A stretch of 36,557 nt of DNA, taken from Mesotaenium endlicherianum. Its lineage: Eukaryota. The position numbers were made by a program, and so were the translations under genes. A model generated the notes under the pieces. It did not search any database, was not told the DNA's origin, and was given only the letters and a program-made list of their open reading frames with translations. Positions within the stretch are counted from its first letter, which is position 1. The number at the start of each line of letters is the position of its first letter. The stretch is from assembly GCA_009602735.1 (NCBI GenBank), contig WELA01003305.1:227669-264225 (forward strand), written 5' to 3'. Positions 22,401 to 34,052 of this stretch are shown one piece after another.

Positions 22401-25400
22401 TGCGACGGCTGCCAAAACCCTTTCAACGCCATTGACGGTGAGCCCTCCCCCCTCTCCCGGGCAGCCGCTTTCGCGCTCGCCCACTTGCTTGCGGTCGCGC
22501 GCTCGCACGCTCGCATGCACGCGTACTTGCTCGACTTGGAAGAGTGAGGGAGAGTTTTGTGGCATGGCATGGCTGAGAGGCTGTCGGGCGCGCTGGGGGA
22601 TGTGTGGATTGCATGTCGTTAGTCTGAGCATGTTCCAATTTGACCACTCACCCAGTGCATCAAGCATGGCCACTAATCTTTCCGCGCTCGCGCGGCGAGC
22701 TCTCGGTCGGCTGACGACATTGCAGGGGGGGTGCATCCAAGAGGAGCGTGCGCATATTGCATGACGGGAAGGGAGGAGGGGGGCGGGGAGGGGAGGGGAA
22801 TGTGGCATGATTGATGGCGAGACGTTTGGTGACCTCTCCTCTGTTTCAATTCAAAAGGACTCGAGACGTCTTAACACTTGGTCTTTCCTCTGACTCTGCA
22901 ACTTAAGAAGACTCAGCGCTTGCCTGCCTGACTGAGCGCCTAGCCTTTTCTCTGTCATTGATCTGAGTTGAGATGACGTCTCGCTGGATCAACCGTGCAG
23001 TCACTGGAGAGCCTCGTGTCTTTCGCTTGCGCTGTCTCTGCGCTTAGCCTGCCTGACGGAGCGCTTGGCCTTTCCCTTTTGTCATAAACGCGAGTCGAGA
23101 TGTCGTAGCGCTGGATTGATGTCCCAGGCACTGGGGGGGCCTCACGCATCATTTGGCGTTGCGTGCTTCACTTAGTCATTGATTAGAATCGAGATGTCGT
23201 AGCGCTGGATTGATCAGGCAGGCTTTGGAGAGAGCCTCACACCCCCATCACATGCCGGCGCTGGCTGGAATGAGACGTCGTAACGCCGGATCGGTTGCGC
23301 AGCCACCGGAGAGCCTCGCAGCGGGCGCCTGCTTCTCTCAGTGTCATTAAAGCGAAATGTGATGTCGTAACGCCGGACCTTTTCTGCAGGCACTGGGGAG
23401 GCCCACGCGTCGTTTGCCGGCGCAGACTGTGAGGTGCAAGCCCTCCTGTTTAATGACGCGGACGCGTCCGAGCCGGCTGACGCTGCGCTGCCTCGGCCGG
23501 CGGCCTGGGACCCCAGATGCGTGCGATCTGACGGTGGCCACGAGGTTGAGGCAGAGGCGGAGGCGGAGGCAGATGTGGGAGGGGATGCGTTGGGAGACGG
23601 GCTCTTGGAGAGCCCCGATGGCCATGGCAGCCCCCCGGAGCTGTTGCCTTTCACGCCAGGTGTCACGCACGCGGGGTGAGACGCGCACAGCGCTTGCCCT
23701 TCTCTGGATGTGCAGTGATCACAACGAAAGAGTGGTTGGGGGGGCATTGGCGGGCCCGAAGCAGCAACAAGCAAGCAGCAGGCAGCGCCGCATGTTGTTG
23801 CCTGTTCGAAGTTTGTTCGCTCTTACGCGTATTTGATTGGAAGGTTCCTAAGCTGCACAGTGCACGCTTGGAGGTCAAAGATTCATTCGTTGTTGGTTGA
23901 ATTAATCATAAAAGAGGGGCTTCGCTACGTGTCCTGGGGCTTGTGTGAGCCCAGCATGGCACTTGGCCAGCTGGCACTTGAAGAGCTTCCTTGTTTCCGT
24001 GTCCTTTTTTTTCACTTGTGACGACGGAGCACAACCCACAGTGGAGCTAGCTGTCTAGGGTTGAGTGGGGGGGGAAAGGGGGGGGAGGAGGTGGGGGTAT
24101 GAAAGTGTTAGCTGCTGAAGGGGGCACGTCAACGCTCAGCTGGTGAAGAAAGAAACAAGGGGGATTGAAGGGGAAAGATGTGCGCACAAGTGTCGGCTGC
24201 TGCTGCTTGTCTTGCTCTCGTTGTGCCCATAGTCTTGCGCGCACGCTCGAGCACAAGCACTCTGCTGCTAGGAGTGATGCTTTGCGAGCAAGCATGCGGG
24301 CATAGCTCGCCGGGGAACACGCTGTAGGGGCAGATACGTGTGTGAGACTGGCGTTGTTCGGAGGCAATGACACGTGGATGCGTTCGGAGCTCTCACGTTG
24401 TTGGCGCTGCACCTCGGGAGCCCCGCAGCCCCTCACTCGCGTGCTTCTCCTCCTCCTCCTCCTCCTCCTTGTATGTGTGTGCGTGTCGTCCCATCGTGCG
24501 CGTTGCGCCGTTGCAGGCCCGGCCCGAGACTGAACCCCTCACCCCCATGCTTCTCCCCTCCTCGTCCGTGGGATGCTCTCTCTTTACTTTTTGTGCGTTC
24601 GTGCGATCGTGCGGGTGCGCAATGCCGGCGGTGCAGGTTCCTTATGAAGCTGACGAGCGGAAGAAAGGGCTCCACCAAGCGGCTGCTCACGTCGCTCAAT
24701 GCCACGGGCCCCTCCCCCTCCCCCGCCCCCTCCCCCGCCCCAGCCCCCGCCCCCGGCCCCGGCCCTGTACAATACGCCCCGCGGGAGTCGTTATCTCCAG
24801 GCACGACACTCGCCTCGTCCCACCCTCAGTTTTGTGACACGCCCTCGGCTGCTCCCCGGTGGGGCGCGTTGACGGCGACTCCTCTGCCTCAGACGCCCAA
24901 CAGGCCCCTGTTCACACCAGGCTCCTCCTCCGGCGCCGACTTCCTGTCACCCGGCGACGGGGGGGTGCCAGCTGGTGCCGCCGTCGCTGGAGCCACCCCC
25001 CAGAGCCTGCTTGCCCACTTGATGTCACCACCGCCGCCCCCCGACAGCACCGCCCACGCATCAGCTGAGCTGGCAGCACTAGCTGCTGCTGATGCTGCTG
25101 CGGCAGGTGCTGCTAGTGCAGCAGCTGCTGCTGCCGCCTCTTCTGGTGCCTCTGCGGGTGCAGGTGCCGGGTCCGGTGTTGGGGCCGGGGACGGTGCCGG
25201 TGGTGCCCCCGCACCTCTCCTGGGCTCCTCCTCCTCTGGCGTCGCTGCCGCCGCCGCCGATGACAGCAAACAAAAGCAGAGATTGGAATTGTCCCCGACA
25301 GGCACGGGCACGGCAGCGCCGGTGGCGGGGCCCGGGCCCGGGACCAAGGCAGCAGCCGCAGCAGGGCCTCTGGGAGCAGGAGGGTTGACAGGTGTCGCCG

Positions 25401-26697
25401 CGAGCAGGAGCTGCGCCGCGGACGAGGCGGTGGACGTGGCGAGCGCGGCCTCGTCGTCTATGGCGGCCGTCATGGGGGCAGGTCAGCCTACGGTGATGGA
25501 CCCGACCACAACGACGACGACGACGACGGCGACATTGATGGCGGCGACGACGCTGGCGAGCGTCGCTTCCCTTTCCACCCCTTCTTCGGGCGAGGCGTCT
25601 GCTGCGCCGGGAGGGGTGGGGACAGGCGCGGGGCCCGGGGCGGGGNCAGGGGAGCGTCGGGAGCTCCAGGAGGGCACAAGAAGCTGTCTTCTCCTTACTA
25701 CCACCACCACCAGCAGCAGCAGCAGCAGCAGCGGTACCAGGAGCCCTCCTCCACCTTCAGTCCAGCTGGCAGGTACGAGTCCCGCCGCAGCAGCGCGGCC
25801 TTCCAGCCGCAGACGCCGCGCCGGAGCGGAAGCACGGGTGCGGGCGCGAGTGTGGCGAGCCAGGAGATGCTCGTCTGTGACGCCGGGTTCTTGTCGGAGG
25901 TCCGCGCTCCCTCGCATGAGCTGGCCTCTCCACCCCCCCCATCCTCCTCTCAGAAGTGCTCCCTGGAGGAGCTCTCCCCTCTCCAGGAGCGCTGCGGCCC
26001 TGGCCCCTCCCACGGCCGCTACCACCACAATCATCTTCACTCCCATCATCACCGCCCCCAGGCCCCCTTTCAAGAGCACCATCATCAGGAGAAGGAGCAG
26101 CTGCTGGAGGAGGAGGAGGAGCAGCAGCAGCAGCAGCAGCAGGAGGAGGAGCAGCTGATGGAGTCAATGGAGGAGTTTCGCGACATGGCGGAGGAGTTTC
26201 TGTCTGGAGGCTCGGGGGGCAGCGAGGAGGAGGTGCCTCGTTTTGCAGCAGCCGCAGGAGTAGCAGCGGGAGCAGTCGCAGCAGCAGGAGGAGGAGGGGG
26301 ACGAGGAGGAGGAGTCGAGGACGAGGGCGACGGCGAGGGCGAGATGGAGCCGCCGCCCGAGGCGTGCACCAAGTCGTCGTCCCCGGGCAAGCGCAAGCGC
26401 GTCTCGCTGCCCCGCCAGCACCCGCACCATCAGCCCCACTCCAAGGCCTGGGCCCACGCGCAGCAGGGGATGCGCACCGGCAGCAGCGGCGGCAGTGGCA
26501 GCGGGCCAGCTGGCGACGGAGGAGACGGCGCAGGGGCGGCGGGCTTGCCGGCCGTCGCAAGGCTGTCGCTGTCGCCGACGCGGGTCGGTGCCGTCAGCAC
26601 TCCCTCTCCGGGGGGGAATGTCCGCGCTGGCCGCTTCACCCTCAGAGCGCTGCCCAGCCTGAGCCCGGCAAAGCATCTGTCGAGCTCCCAGGGCTAG
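16404..26697 (+). CDS. TCX: Tesmin/TSO1-like CXC (CRC-domain) protein, LIN54-like DREAM complex subunit, TSO1/TCX2/3-type
   Basis: Exons 16404-16574, 16962-17122, 17434-18205, 18511-19793, 20088-20153, 20624-20807, 21793-21888, 22371-22437, 23390-23675 and 24637-26697. Motifs: N-terminal DSPYCLFMNGLSPIKP...PVFRSP; CXC1 CSCKKSKCLKLYCECFAAGGFCGQDCQCLDCAN; hinge RNPLAFCPK; CXC2 RHKRGCTCKKSACSKNYCECFQAGVKCSEGCKCDGCQNPF; C-terminal KSSSPGKRKRVS and GRFTLRALPSLSP. The last exon changes frame at the N at 25646. The boundaries of exons 3-4 are less certain. Confidence 0.93.
20160..20242 (+). repeat. ~13-bp tandem repeat (CCTTTGCTCCGCCG-like) directly after the TCX exon 5 donor
   Basis: About six imperfect copies are visible. 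Confidence 0.8.
20850..21062 (+). repeat. 50-bp minisatellite (4 copies) at the start of TCX intron 6
   Basis: CGAGTGAGCACGTTCCCTC at 20861, 20911 and 20961, with a diverged copy at about 21013. Confidence 0.9.
22915..23425 (+). repeat. Five diverged ~80-127-bp copies of the TCX intron 8 acceptor/exon 9 start
   Basis: A GTCAT...GATGTCGTA(A/G)CGC(C/T)GGA...CAG-(G)CACTGG(G/A)GAG-like unit has CAG ends at 23000, 23127, 23221, 23302 and 23389. Confidence 0.85.
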
Positions 26698-29077
26698 GGC
26701 AAAGTGCGAGCAAGAGCGTACGTGTGCGTCTGTGCGCGTGCATGCGTGTGCATGGGTGCGTGCGTGCGTGTGTGTGCGTGTGTGCGCGCTTGCTCGAGTC
26801 TGAGAGGTGCGAGAGTGAGTGCATGGGCGTGTGGACCGTGCGTGCGCACGTGAGCTCCCAGAAAGCTTTTTGAAAGGGATGCAACGAGATGGGCGAGCTA
26901 GTGCAGGTCGAAATGCCGGCCCCAAATGAAAACAACTGATAAGGAACTGGCGCCGGGGATTCGGCTTCAGGAAACAAAGCTTGCCTAGGAAGTTTGTGTG
27001 TTGGCGTGTTTATACGTAATAATAAGTGTGCGCATACGAGTAGATGATTTATGAGACGTGCAGACTTTATTGGGATGGGATAGGGTGGGCTGGGCGGGAT
27101 TGGAGGGGAGGAGGTGCTTGGTGCGGGGCAGAAAGGGAAGGGCAAAGGTGAAGGTAGTCAGGACCCTCTGTGGAACGTAGTGATATGCCATAGTGCGCGT
27201 GTATAGATTCTTTTTCCCCACATCCTTTGCGAAGTAGGTTAACTTAAAAGTCGCACGCTGTGATAAGGAGAATTGCGAAGAGGGAGATGGTGTGCTAGGA
27301 GGTAGTGTATAGAAGCTTCGAATTCCTTTTGCAAACGAGTTGCACCCCTCTCGTCCTCTGCCATTATCTTTCTACCTATATCGAGTAAAGCTCTTGACAA
27401 GGGTAGCCAGCTATATAGTGAGTGAAGACAATTTTCGGTGGACAGCAATTCAGAAACTTGATGGCTTGTATCATAGTTTCCCCTTATTTAAGCAAAGTGA
27501 TATTGTTTGGGTATAGTCTGACGACTTGATGATGAGTAGTCATTAGTAAATGTCTGTTTATAACTTTACTTACTGCTTTCTGCTTTTGTGGTACTGCTCG
27601 CGCTATACCACTTTCGCAAATGATTGTTATCGAGCACCAGTTGTCTCACCTCGGCAATGCTTCTACCTACTTCCTGGAGGTTGTGGTGGAGTATCTCAGT
27701 GAATGCAAGAGTACTTCTCAAGCTCATGCATTGCCTTAATCTTTGAGTGCATGCAACTCCCGTGCACCGTACGCCAATTTGAAAGCACATCATCGGTTCA
27801 GGGTCTTTCTTGTAAACTTCTTAAGTAAGGTCTCGAGTTGCACAGAGCCAGCCAGTCTGCAAACCAGGAGAACATGAATAAGTAGGAAGGCCACCTCTTA
27901 CTTTGGATTGTAAGTGGAGAGGTGGCCAGTGACACGTCACTGTGCTAATCAGTCATGTGCGGGCTCCTGCCTACGCCACCTGTTGATCTGCAGCCTACGT
28001 GGCTCGTTGTGAGCCGCCCCATCGGATGACATTTGGAGACATATATGTACACCACGTACACAGGCAAACTGAATTGGCATATATCTCGTACTGACTTAAT
28101 GCAAAGCTACCCATGATGAAAACTATATCCCATAACATCAATAGGAGAACCAATGTTTGACGAACCTCCGAGGCTCTCGAGTCAGCCTGAGAAATGCAGC
28201 GGGGCAACTATAAATCACTCCTTCTCAACTGTGCCTTGATTGTCCTACATCTAGAAGCTAAGCTGCATGGTCTTTTGTCATTCATGCACACGTGTTAGGG
28301 CTAGCGGGACGTTTCATGCATACGGCTGCCCGTGAGAGCTCTTTTGCTTGCCACTCCTAGTCTTATATCCTAACCTGGGGCTGGCTCTCCCTGCACACTC
28401 TCTCTCCACTCGACTCCCTGCTGAAGTTGCTGCAGCCAGAGCATCGTAAGAACTCTTCTCTTTCGCTCTGACTCCATAGTAAGATTGGCCACACAATGCA
28501 AGACAACAGCTCAACTAGCCCTAGCACTTCAGGCAAGCACCACGCCCGCATCAAACTCTCTGGTATGACTCGTGAGGGGCAATGAGGGGGCCACACAATG
28601 GGCGAGATAAGCTACCCTGCAACTAAACAACCCCTCGGACCTCCATCTTGTATAGACTGCATAGACTGTACAACAGAAGGTCTGCTAACTACAGGCTATT
28701 AAAATTAATGCCCCCCAACTTCTGCTCGAGCTACAGCCTCCACAATGGCAAAGAAGGCGAGAAAAAAACAGGATGAGCGAAAGATACTTCTGAAAAGAAG
28801 AAAATCTGGGATGCCCCGGAGCTGGTGCTTGTGCCGGTGCTGCTTCAGGGAGAGAAGGGGCCATGAGACGAGAATGGAGTGTCTCATGCCACCTGTCAAA
28901 ATCTGCTGGCATGTTCGCCTGTAAGCCGAGTGGCAGCCAATGGGAGGCGGCCCTCCACGAGGGGAGACGCTTGCACGTCCCACACGTGCGCGTGCTCCAG
29001 CCAATGGAGGGAGGGATTGGGAGGGACTGGGGAGGGACTCCCTTCGAAGCTGAGGAGAGCTGCAGACAGGCGAAGCT

Positions 29078-30052
29078 TCATCCCGCAGAAGCAAACACCA
29101 GCCTTGCCTCGTCCCAGGGGCCGTGGATGGAGTACTTGTACTTCTGGATCCATATGAGCCATAGAGGGCACAGGAAGCTTGTGAAGGCGACTACCACAGA
29201 GAGAAGAGCTGCCAGCGAGCTGCTGAGAGGCACGAGAAAGAGCGTGCTCGGGACGATGGAGGCGAGCGAGAGACGATACGCGAGCCTCTTGGAGCGCTTC
29301 CTGAGGCGGTGCCAGACCGCGGGGGAGAGCACGAAGAGCTCGAGGGAGAAGAGGATGAGGCCGAACACCGTCGTCTGCGAGTCGACGCGGGAGGAGAGGA
29401 GCACCGATGCGAAGATGGAGGCCATGAGGGAGATGTTCCCGGAGAATTTTGAGGTGACGGCGTGCGAGTAGGTGTAGTCGTGGAAGAGGAGGTGGACGAG
29501 AAGGAGGTACACTGTGCTCGTCCAGATGGTGTCGGAGCTGATGGACCTCGTCAGAGTCTGCAGGACAGGTGTCAGGACGTAGACGCCTCCTACTAAGAGC
29601 GCGCACTTGAGAGCGTTTCTCATGATGGCTTGTCGGCTCAGAAGGGCCTGCTGCGTCTCGGTGAGGAGCAGGCACCCAATCACAGCAGCCAGGAGAATTC
29701 CGTCGATGAGAAGCAAGGGCATGGCCCCCAGCTTGCCCTGAAGCACGTAGGCAGCCATGGCCGCCACAGTGACAACTGTGCAGATCTGCTGAGAGACCAC
29801 TATGGAGCCCCTGACGACTGTCCAGTAGTCCTTCTTGACGACGTTTGCATTCATCACCAGCGATGCCAGGAAGGTCTCATCCGTGAAGTTGTCTTCGTAA
29901 GGCTGCTGCTCGTACAGGACCTTGCGCCATGGAGGCTTGTGCTTCTTCTCCGGATGTCCTGCACCTCGTGGACACTGACATAGAGTGCACTTGGGTGCTC
30001 CATCCACGTAGGCACATCCATCCCACGGACAAAAGCGATGCAGCTTCTCCAT
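29078..30052 (-). CDS. PIGC: Phosphatidylinositol N-acetylglucosaminyltransferase subunit C (PIG-C/GPI2/SETH1-like), intronless
   Basis: Single 324-aa ORF with WRKVLYEQQPYEDNFTDETFL, LTPVLQTLTRSISSDTIW, HLLFHDY, ASIFASVLLSSR and KYKYSIHGPWDEA motifs plus several hydrophobic segments, all typical of the GPI2/PIG-C family. Confidence 0.96.
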   Translation of the reverse strand: MEKLHRFCPWDGCAYVDGAPKCTLCQCPRGAGHPEKKHKPPWRKVLYEQQPYEDNFTDETFLASLVMNANVVKKDYWTVVRGSIVVSQQICTVVTVAAMAAYVLQGKLGAMPLLLIDGILLAAVIGCLLLTETQQALLSRQAIMRNALKCALLVGGVYVLTPVLQTLTRSISSDTIWTSTVYLLLVHLLFHDYTYSHAVTSKFSGNISLMASIFASVLLSSRVDSQTTVFGLILFSLELFVLSPAVWHRLRKRSKRLAYRLSLASIVPSTLFLVPLSSSLAALLSVVVAFTSFLCPLWLIWIQKYKYSIHGPWDEARLVFASAG

Positions 30053-30729
30053 TATCTCGGCTCCTCCACACCAATAGCTTTGAAAGTGCTGTCGCGTAGT
30101 ATGATGATTTTGTAGGGATCTGATTGCAAATGAAGAGTTTCTGCGTGGCTGTTGAAGTTGCTGAGCCTCATTTGTCCTCGCTTAATACGCTTAACGGGAT
30201 GAAAACCGTGAACCTGAATGCAATGGCGCACGTATGACAACGATGCCTTTATTGCAAGTGCGCAATCGACCGCCTTCCACCTCGAACGTGCCTGCTTGTG
30301 ATTGCTTGTGCTAAAGCATTGTCAAAGGAGGGTGAAGAGATCTCTACGCTGCAAACTGCTGCAAACGTCTACATAAGCAGACTGAAAAGAACTTCCAAGC
30401 TGAAGACCTTAGGAAGAGCCGCGTATAATAGTGCGACGGTGTGCAGTATCATCTCATCTATAAATTATCAACTCCCACGGACGAGCACCATTGTGATTCA
30501 GCTTTGAAAATTAACACGTGCTCGACGCTCTGAATGTGGCTCTCCAGTTTCGTCCGCAGTTAAACATCTTTCGTTTGCTAGTAACAGCTCTGCTTCGTGG
30601 CGCCTTAATCAACACACTTCCAGTGACGAGAAAAAAGACATACCACAGAATTCAACATAATCATCAAAGTCTTGTACAATGAAGTGCTAAACTGATGTAA
30701 CACCTTCCTTTTTCGCCACGGCTTGCTTC

Positions 30730-33700
30730 ATGGCCTCCGCATGTTGGCCTGCAGTCCAGCTTGTGGCTCTGTCTACTGCAGGGCAAGGTCTGGGGAGCGG
30801 AAGGTATGGCTCAAGATCCCGACCAACATTGGGGAGGTCCACAGTTCTACCATATCAGGGGGCTAAGGGCCAGCATGGAGCTGGAAGGAAAGGCGCCAGG
30901 TGGCAGAATGTGACTGTTCGAGCTGCTGACACAAAAGCACAGGAACAGGTAGGAAGGAGGCTCGTATTTAGTGCATATGATTCCGGTTGTTTCTGATTAT
31001 ATATGTCAATATTACTCGTATTACTCCCCAAGGCAGCAAAATCGAGGGCTCTTTCAACTGCCTCTTGCTGTAGCTTGGTGGCTTGTGTTTACATGCTTGA
31101 AGGGTACATGGATGAAGGGAAAGCAAAACAGTCTTCGCCTGCAGGCCATAGCGGCTGGTCTCAAGCCTACTGTTGAAACTAATCCTACATCCATCCGAGC
31201 CCTTAAGAGCATGCGTGCCAAACGACGTGACAGCGGATGATTAGGAAAGGCTCGACTTCTTTCTGTCAGGGATCATTGCACGCATGGACGGCCTCTGCTT
31301 ATGCATGCACCACCAGATCCTCTCGTTAGCATGCTCTCTCAGACTGACGAGGAGTGAGGCGGGAGGAGGGGGGGAGGGATGGGGGGTGTAAAAGGGCACC
31401 CTCTCTGCAGGGCTTGTAAAGCAGGAGCTCAAAGAGGACTTCAAGGCATATGTGAACACGCCCTTGGATGACATCTTCCAGGCCTTGTTTCGCCGCAAGA
31501 TGGCGCAGGTCAGTACTACGCTCTGCTCTTCTCTGCTCTGCTCTTCTCAGAGCAAGCATGCTCGCCTGCCTGCCAGCCCTTTCCTGCAAAAAGTCGAGGC
31601 GAAAGAGAGAAGTACAAGGGGAAATTGGGGAGGCTGGGTTCAACAGTGCAACTCGTTGCATGCATGATGACGAAGGGGGAGGAGGTGGGCTCGGGGGAGT
31701 GAGCCATCTGTCACCAGTTGACCCGCCAGAGGGCTGCAGCTGTCGTGTGGGAGACTGGGGACAAGGAATACTCGTTTCTTCTATGTATCATCTCACAGCA
31801 CTTATTAGCCCCCCCCTCTGCTCAACTCATAGCTCAACTCCAATCAAGTACAGGGTTGGAGATTGCTCTAGCTATGGCTGCCAGCCAGACATGGGAGAAG
31901 GAATCTTGGGTGCAGCCTGATGTGTGTGTAATCATATTTTTCATGTTATGTTATGTTCATCTTACATGTCAAAAAGTAGCGTATGCATTCTGTTGGTGTG
32001 TGGGGCTTGTCTGCCACATGTACCCGCAAATACCTACATGCATTTGCTGTCACTCAGGCATGTCAGCTGCATGTACTCAATCAGACATGCACCTGGTATG
32101 ATGGCGTATCCGCTACTTGTACTTGTGTACACACACACACGCACACACACACACACACACACACGCACACACACACACACACACACACAGACACACACAC
32201 ATTCGGATACTACCCGGCATGATGGCAGTTGTGCGTGTGCATGATACAACTGTGGTATGCACTGGGCAGCACGATGACTGCACGTGCGTCGTCTCGTCGC
32301 TGTCCGTTTTGACTTGAATACATCTCTGCTGCGCCGGAGATTCTCGCACATGCGTGCCCGTCGTGCCATTGGCTCCCTGCTAGTCAGTCCCGTTCCAAAT
32401 GGCGATCAATATCCAGTTCGTCCTGTTGCGATGCCCCTTTGCCCTTACCTCTTTGCTCGCACCAAGCAAGACCACCTCTACACCTCTTTAACTAAGGTGT
32501 AGCTAAGGTGTAGCTAAGGTGCAGCTAAGGGAGCCCCAGGCAGATCTAGGCCCCCTTCACATAGACACAGCGTCGTGCGAGTGTTCACTCAGAGGAGGGC
32601 CGTGGTACTTAGTTCCTAGAACAGGAGTCCTGGCAAGCTTAATCCCAACTGGCGCTCGTCCAAACTGAAGCTTTAATGGGATCTGCCATGTGCCTGTCGG
32701 CCTCCGCTCACCCTCACCCTCACCCTCACAAGGAAAATCCTGCAAGTTCCCTATACCCTCCGGCGGCGGCCGACACAAGGAAGGGGATGATGGCATCGCA
32801 ATGAAGATGACTTTGATGATATTCGTGGCCTCGAGTCCTTGCGGCAGCCGGCTCACGCCTGGAAGGAGATGTAAAATTGCAAGAACTTAGTCGCTGTGGA
32901 GCAATCATACCTTGAAGCCAAGTCCTGATCTCGGAGAGAATTGATCGTCGACTGCAAGGCCCAGTCCATGGCTCGAAGCATTCGCCACCTTGCAAGAGCT
33001 CCTCTGCGTGGGAACCCCGCAGAGTGCCATCAGGCGACTGCTGGAGAGGTGGGAGCGGGCTCTCAGCTGGATGATGTTTTCACATCCCCCCCNNNNNNNN
33101 NNNNNNNNNNNNNNNNNNNNNNNNNNNNNNNNNNNNNNNNNNNNNNNNNNNNNNNNNNNNNNNNNNNNNNNNNNNNNNNNNNNNNNNNNNNNNNNNNNNN
33201 NNNNNNNNNNNNNNNNNNNNNNNNNNNNNNNNNNNNNNNNNNNNNNNNNNNNNNNNNNNNNNNNNNNNNNNNNNNNNNNNNNNNNNNNNNNNNNNNNNNN
33301 NNNNNNNNNNNNNNNNNNNNNNNNNNNNNNNNCCTCCTCCCCCCTTCCTCCGTCCCCCCTAGAACACATACACACTCACACACACACACACACACACACA
33401 CACAGCGACGCGCGCTCACACACACACTCACTCAGACGTGCACATGCATGCATACACATTTTCTTTTCACAAAAACCTCCGAGGCCAAACAAGTCGTGAG
33501 CAGCTGCAACCTCTTGGATGTCAATTCACCTAAGAGGAGGGGTCTGTGCTGGCTGTGCCCCATGTGGCGGCTGCAGGAGGTGGGGTGGGACTCTGCGCAG
33601 GGCGGCTACGACGGCCTCGTGGAGGTGGCGCGCAGTCTGATGGCCAAGCACAAGTCAAAGACCGACACTGAGGCGGCCACTGTACGTGCGCCACGTGGCT

Positions 33701-34014
33701 CATGTCACGTGGCACGTGCCACCTGGCATGTGACACGTGTCAGATGTCTTGTTTTGGCTCGTCTGGCCTTGTCTTGTCAAAGAGATTGGGAGAAGCTTCT
33801 TGTTGCTTCTGTGATGAGTGTGTTGGGGTGGGGTTTAATACGAGGCACATCGTGCGTTTATATATGCTGTGTATGTTTTGTATAAGTACGTAGTATAATG
33901 TGCGTACAGTATGTATTCACTTGTGTTCGCGTGTGTGCTCATGCATGCGCACCCTGAGGGGAGCATGTGTGGATGTGTCTCTTTGTGTGCATGCGCGCAA
34001 GCGTGCGCACGCGC

Positions 34015-34052
<38 letters not shown>

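Noticed and set aside
22950..23400. Repeat-spacer appearance suggestive of a CRISPR array
   Set aside because: The units are degenerate and irregularly spaced, the 'spacers' resemble each other, the last copy is a functional splice acceptor, the context is a eukaryotic intron, and there are no cas genes.
27239..28514. Possible extra multi-exon gene or RTE-LINE 3' remnant on the minus strand (EVGRSIAEVRQLVLDNNHLRKW and neighbouring short ORFs)
   Set aside because: Splice-like signals exist, but the segment after the acceptor at 27857 has stops in all three frames and no family motif is convincing. It may be UTR or non-coding sequence.
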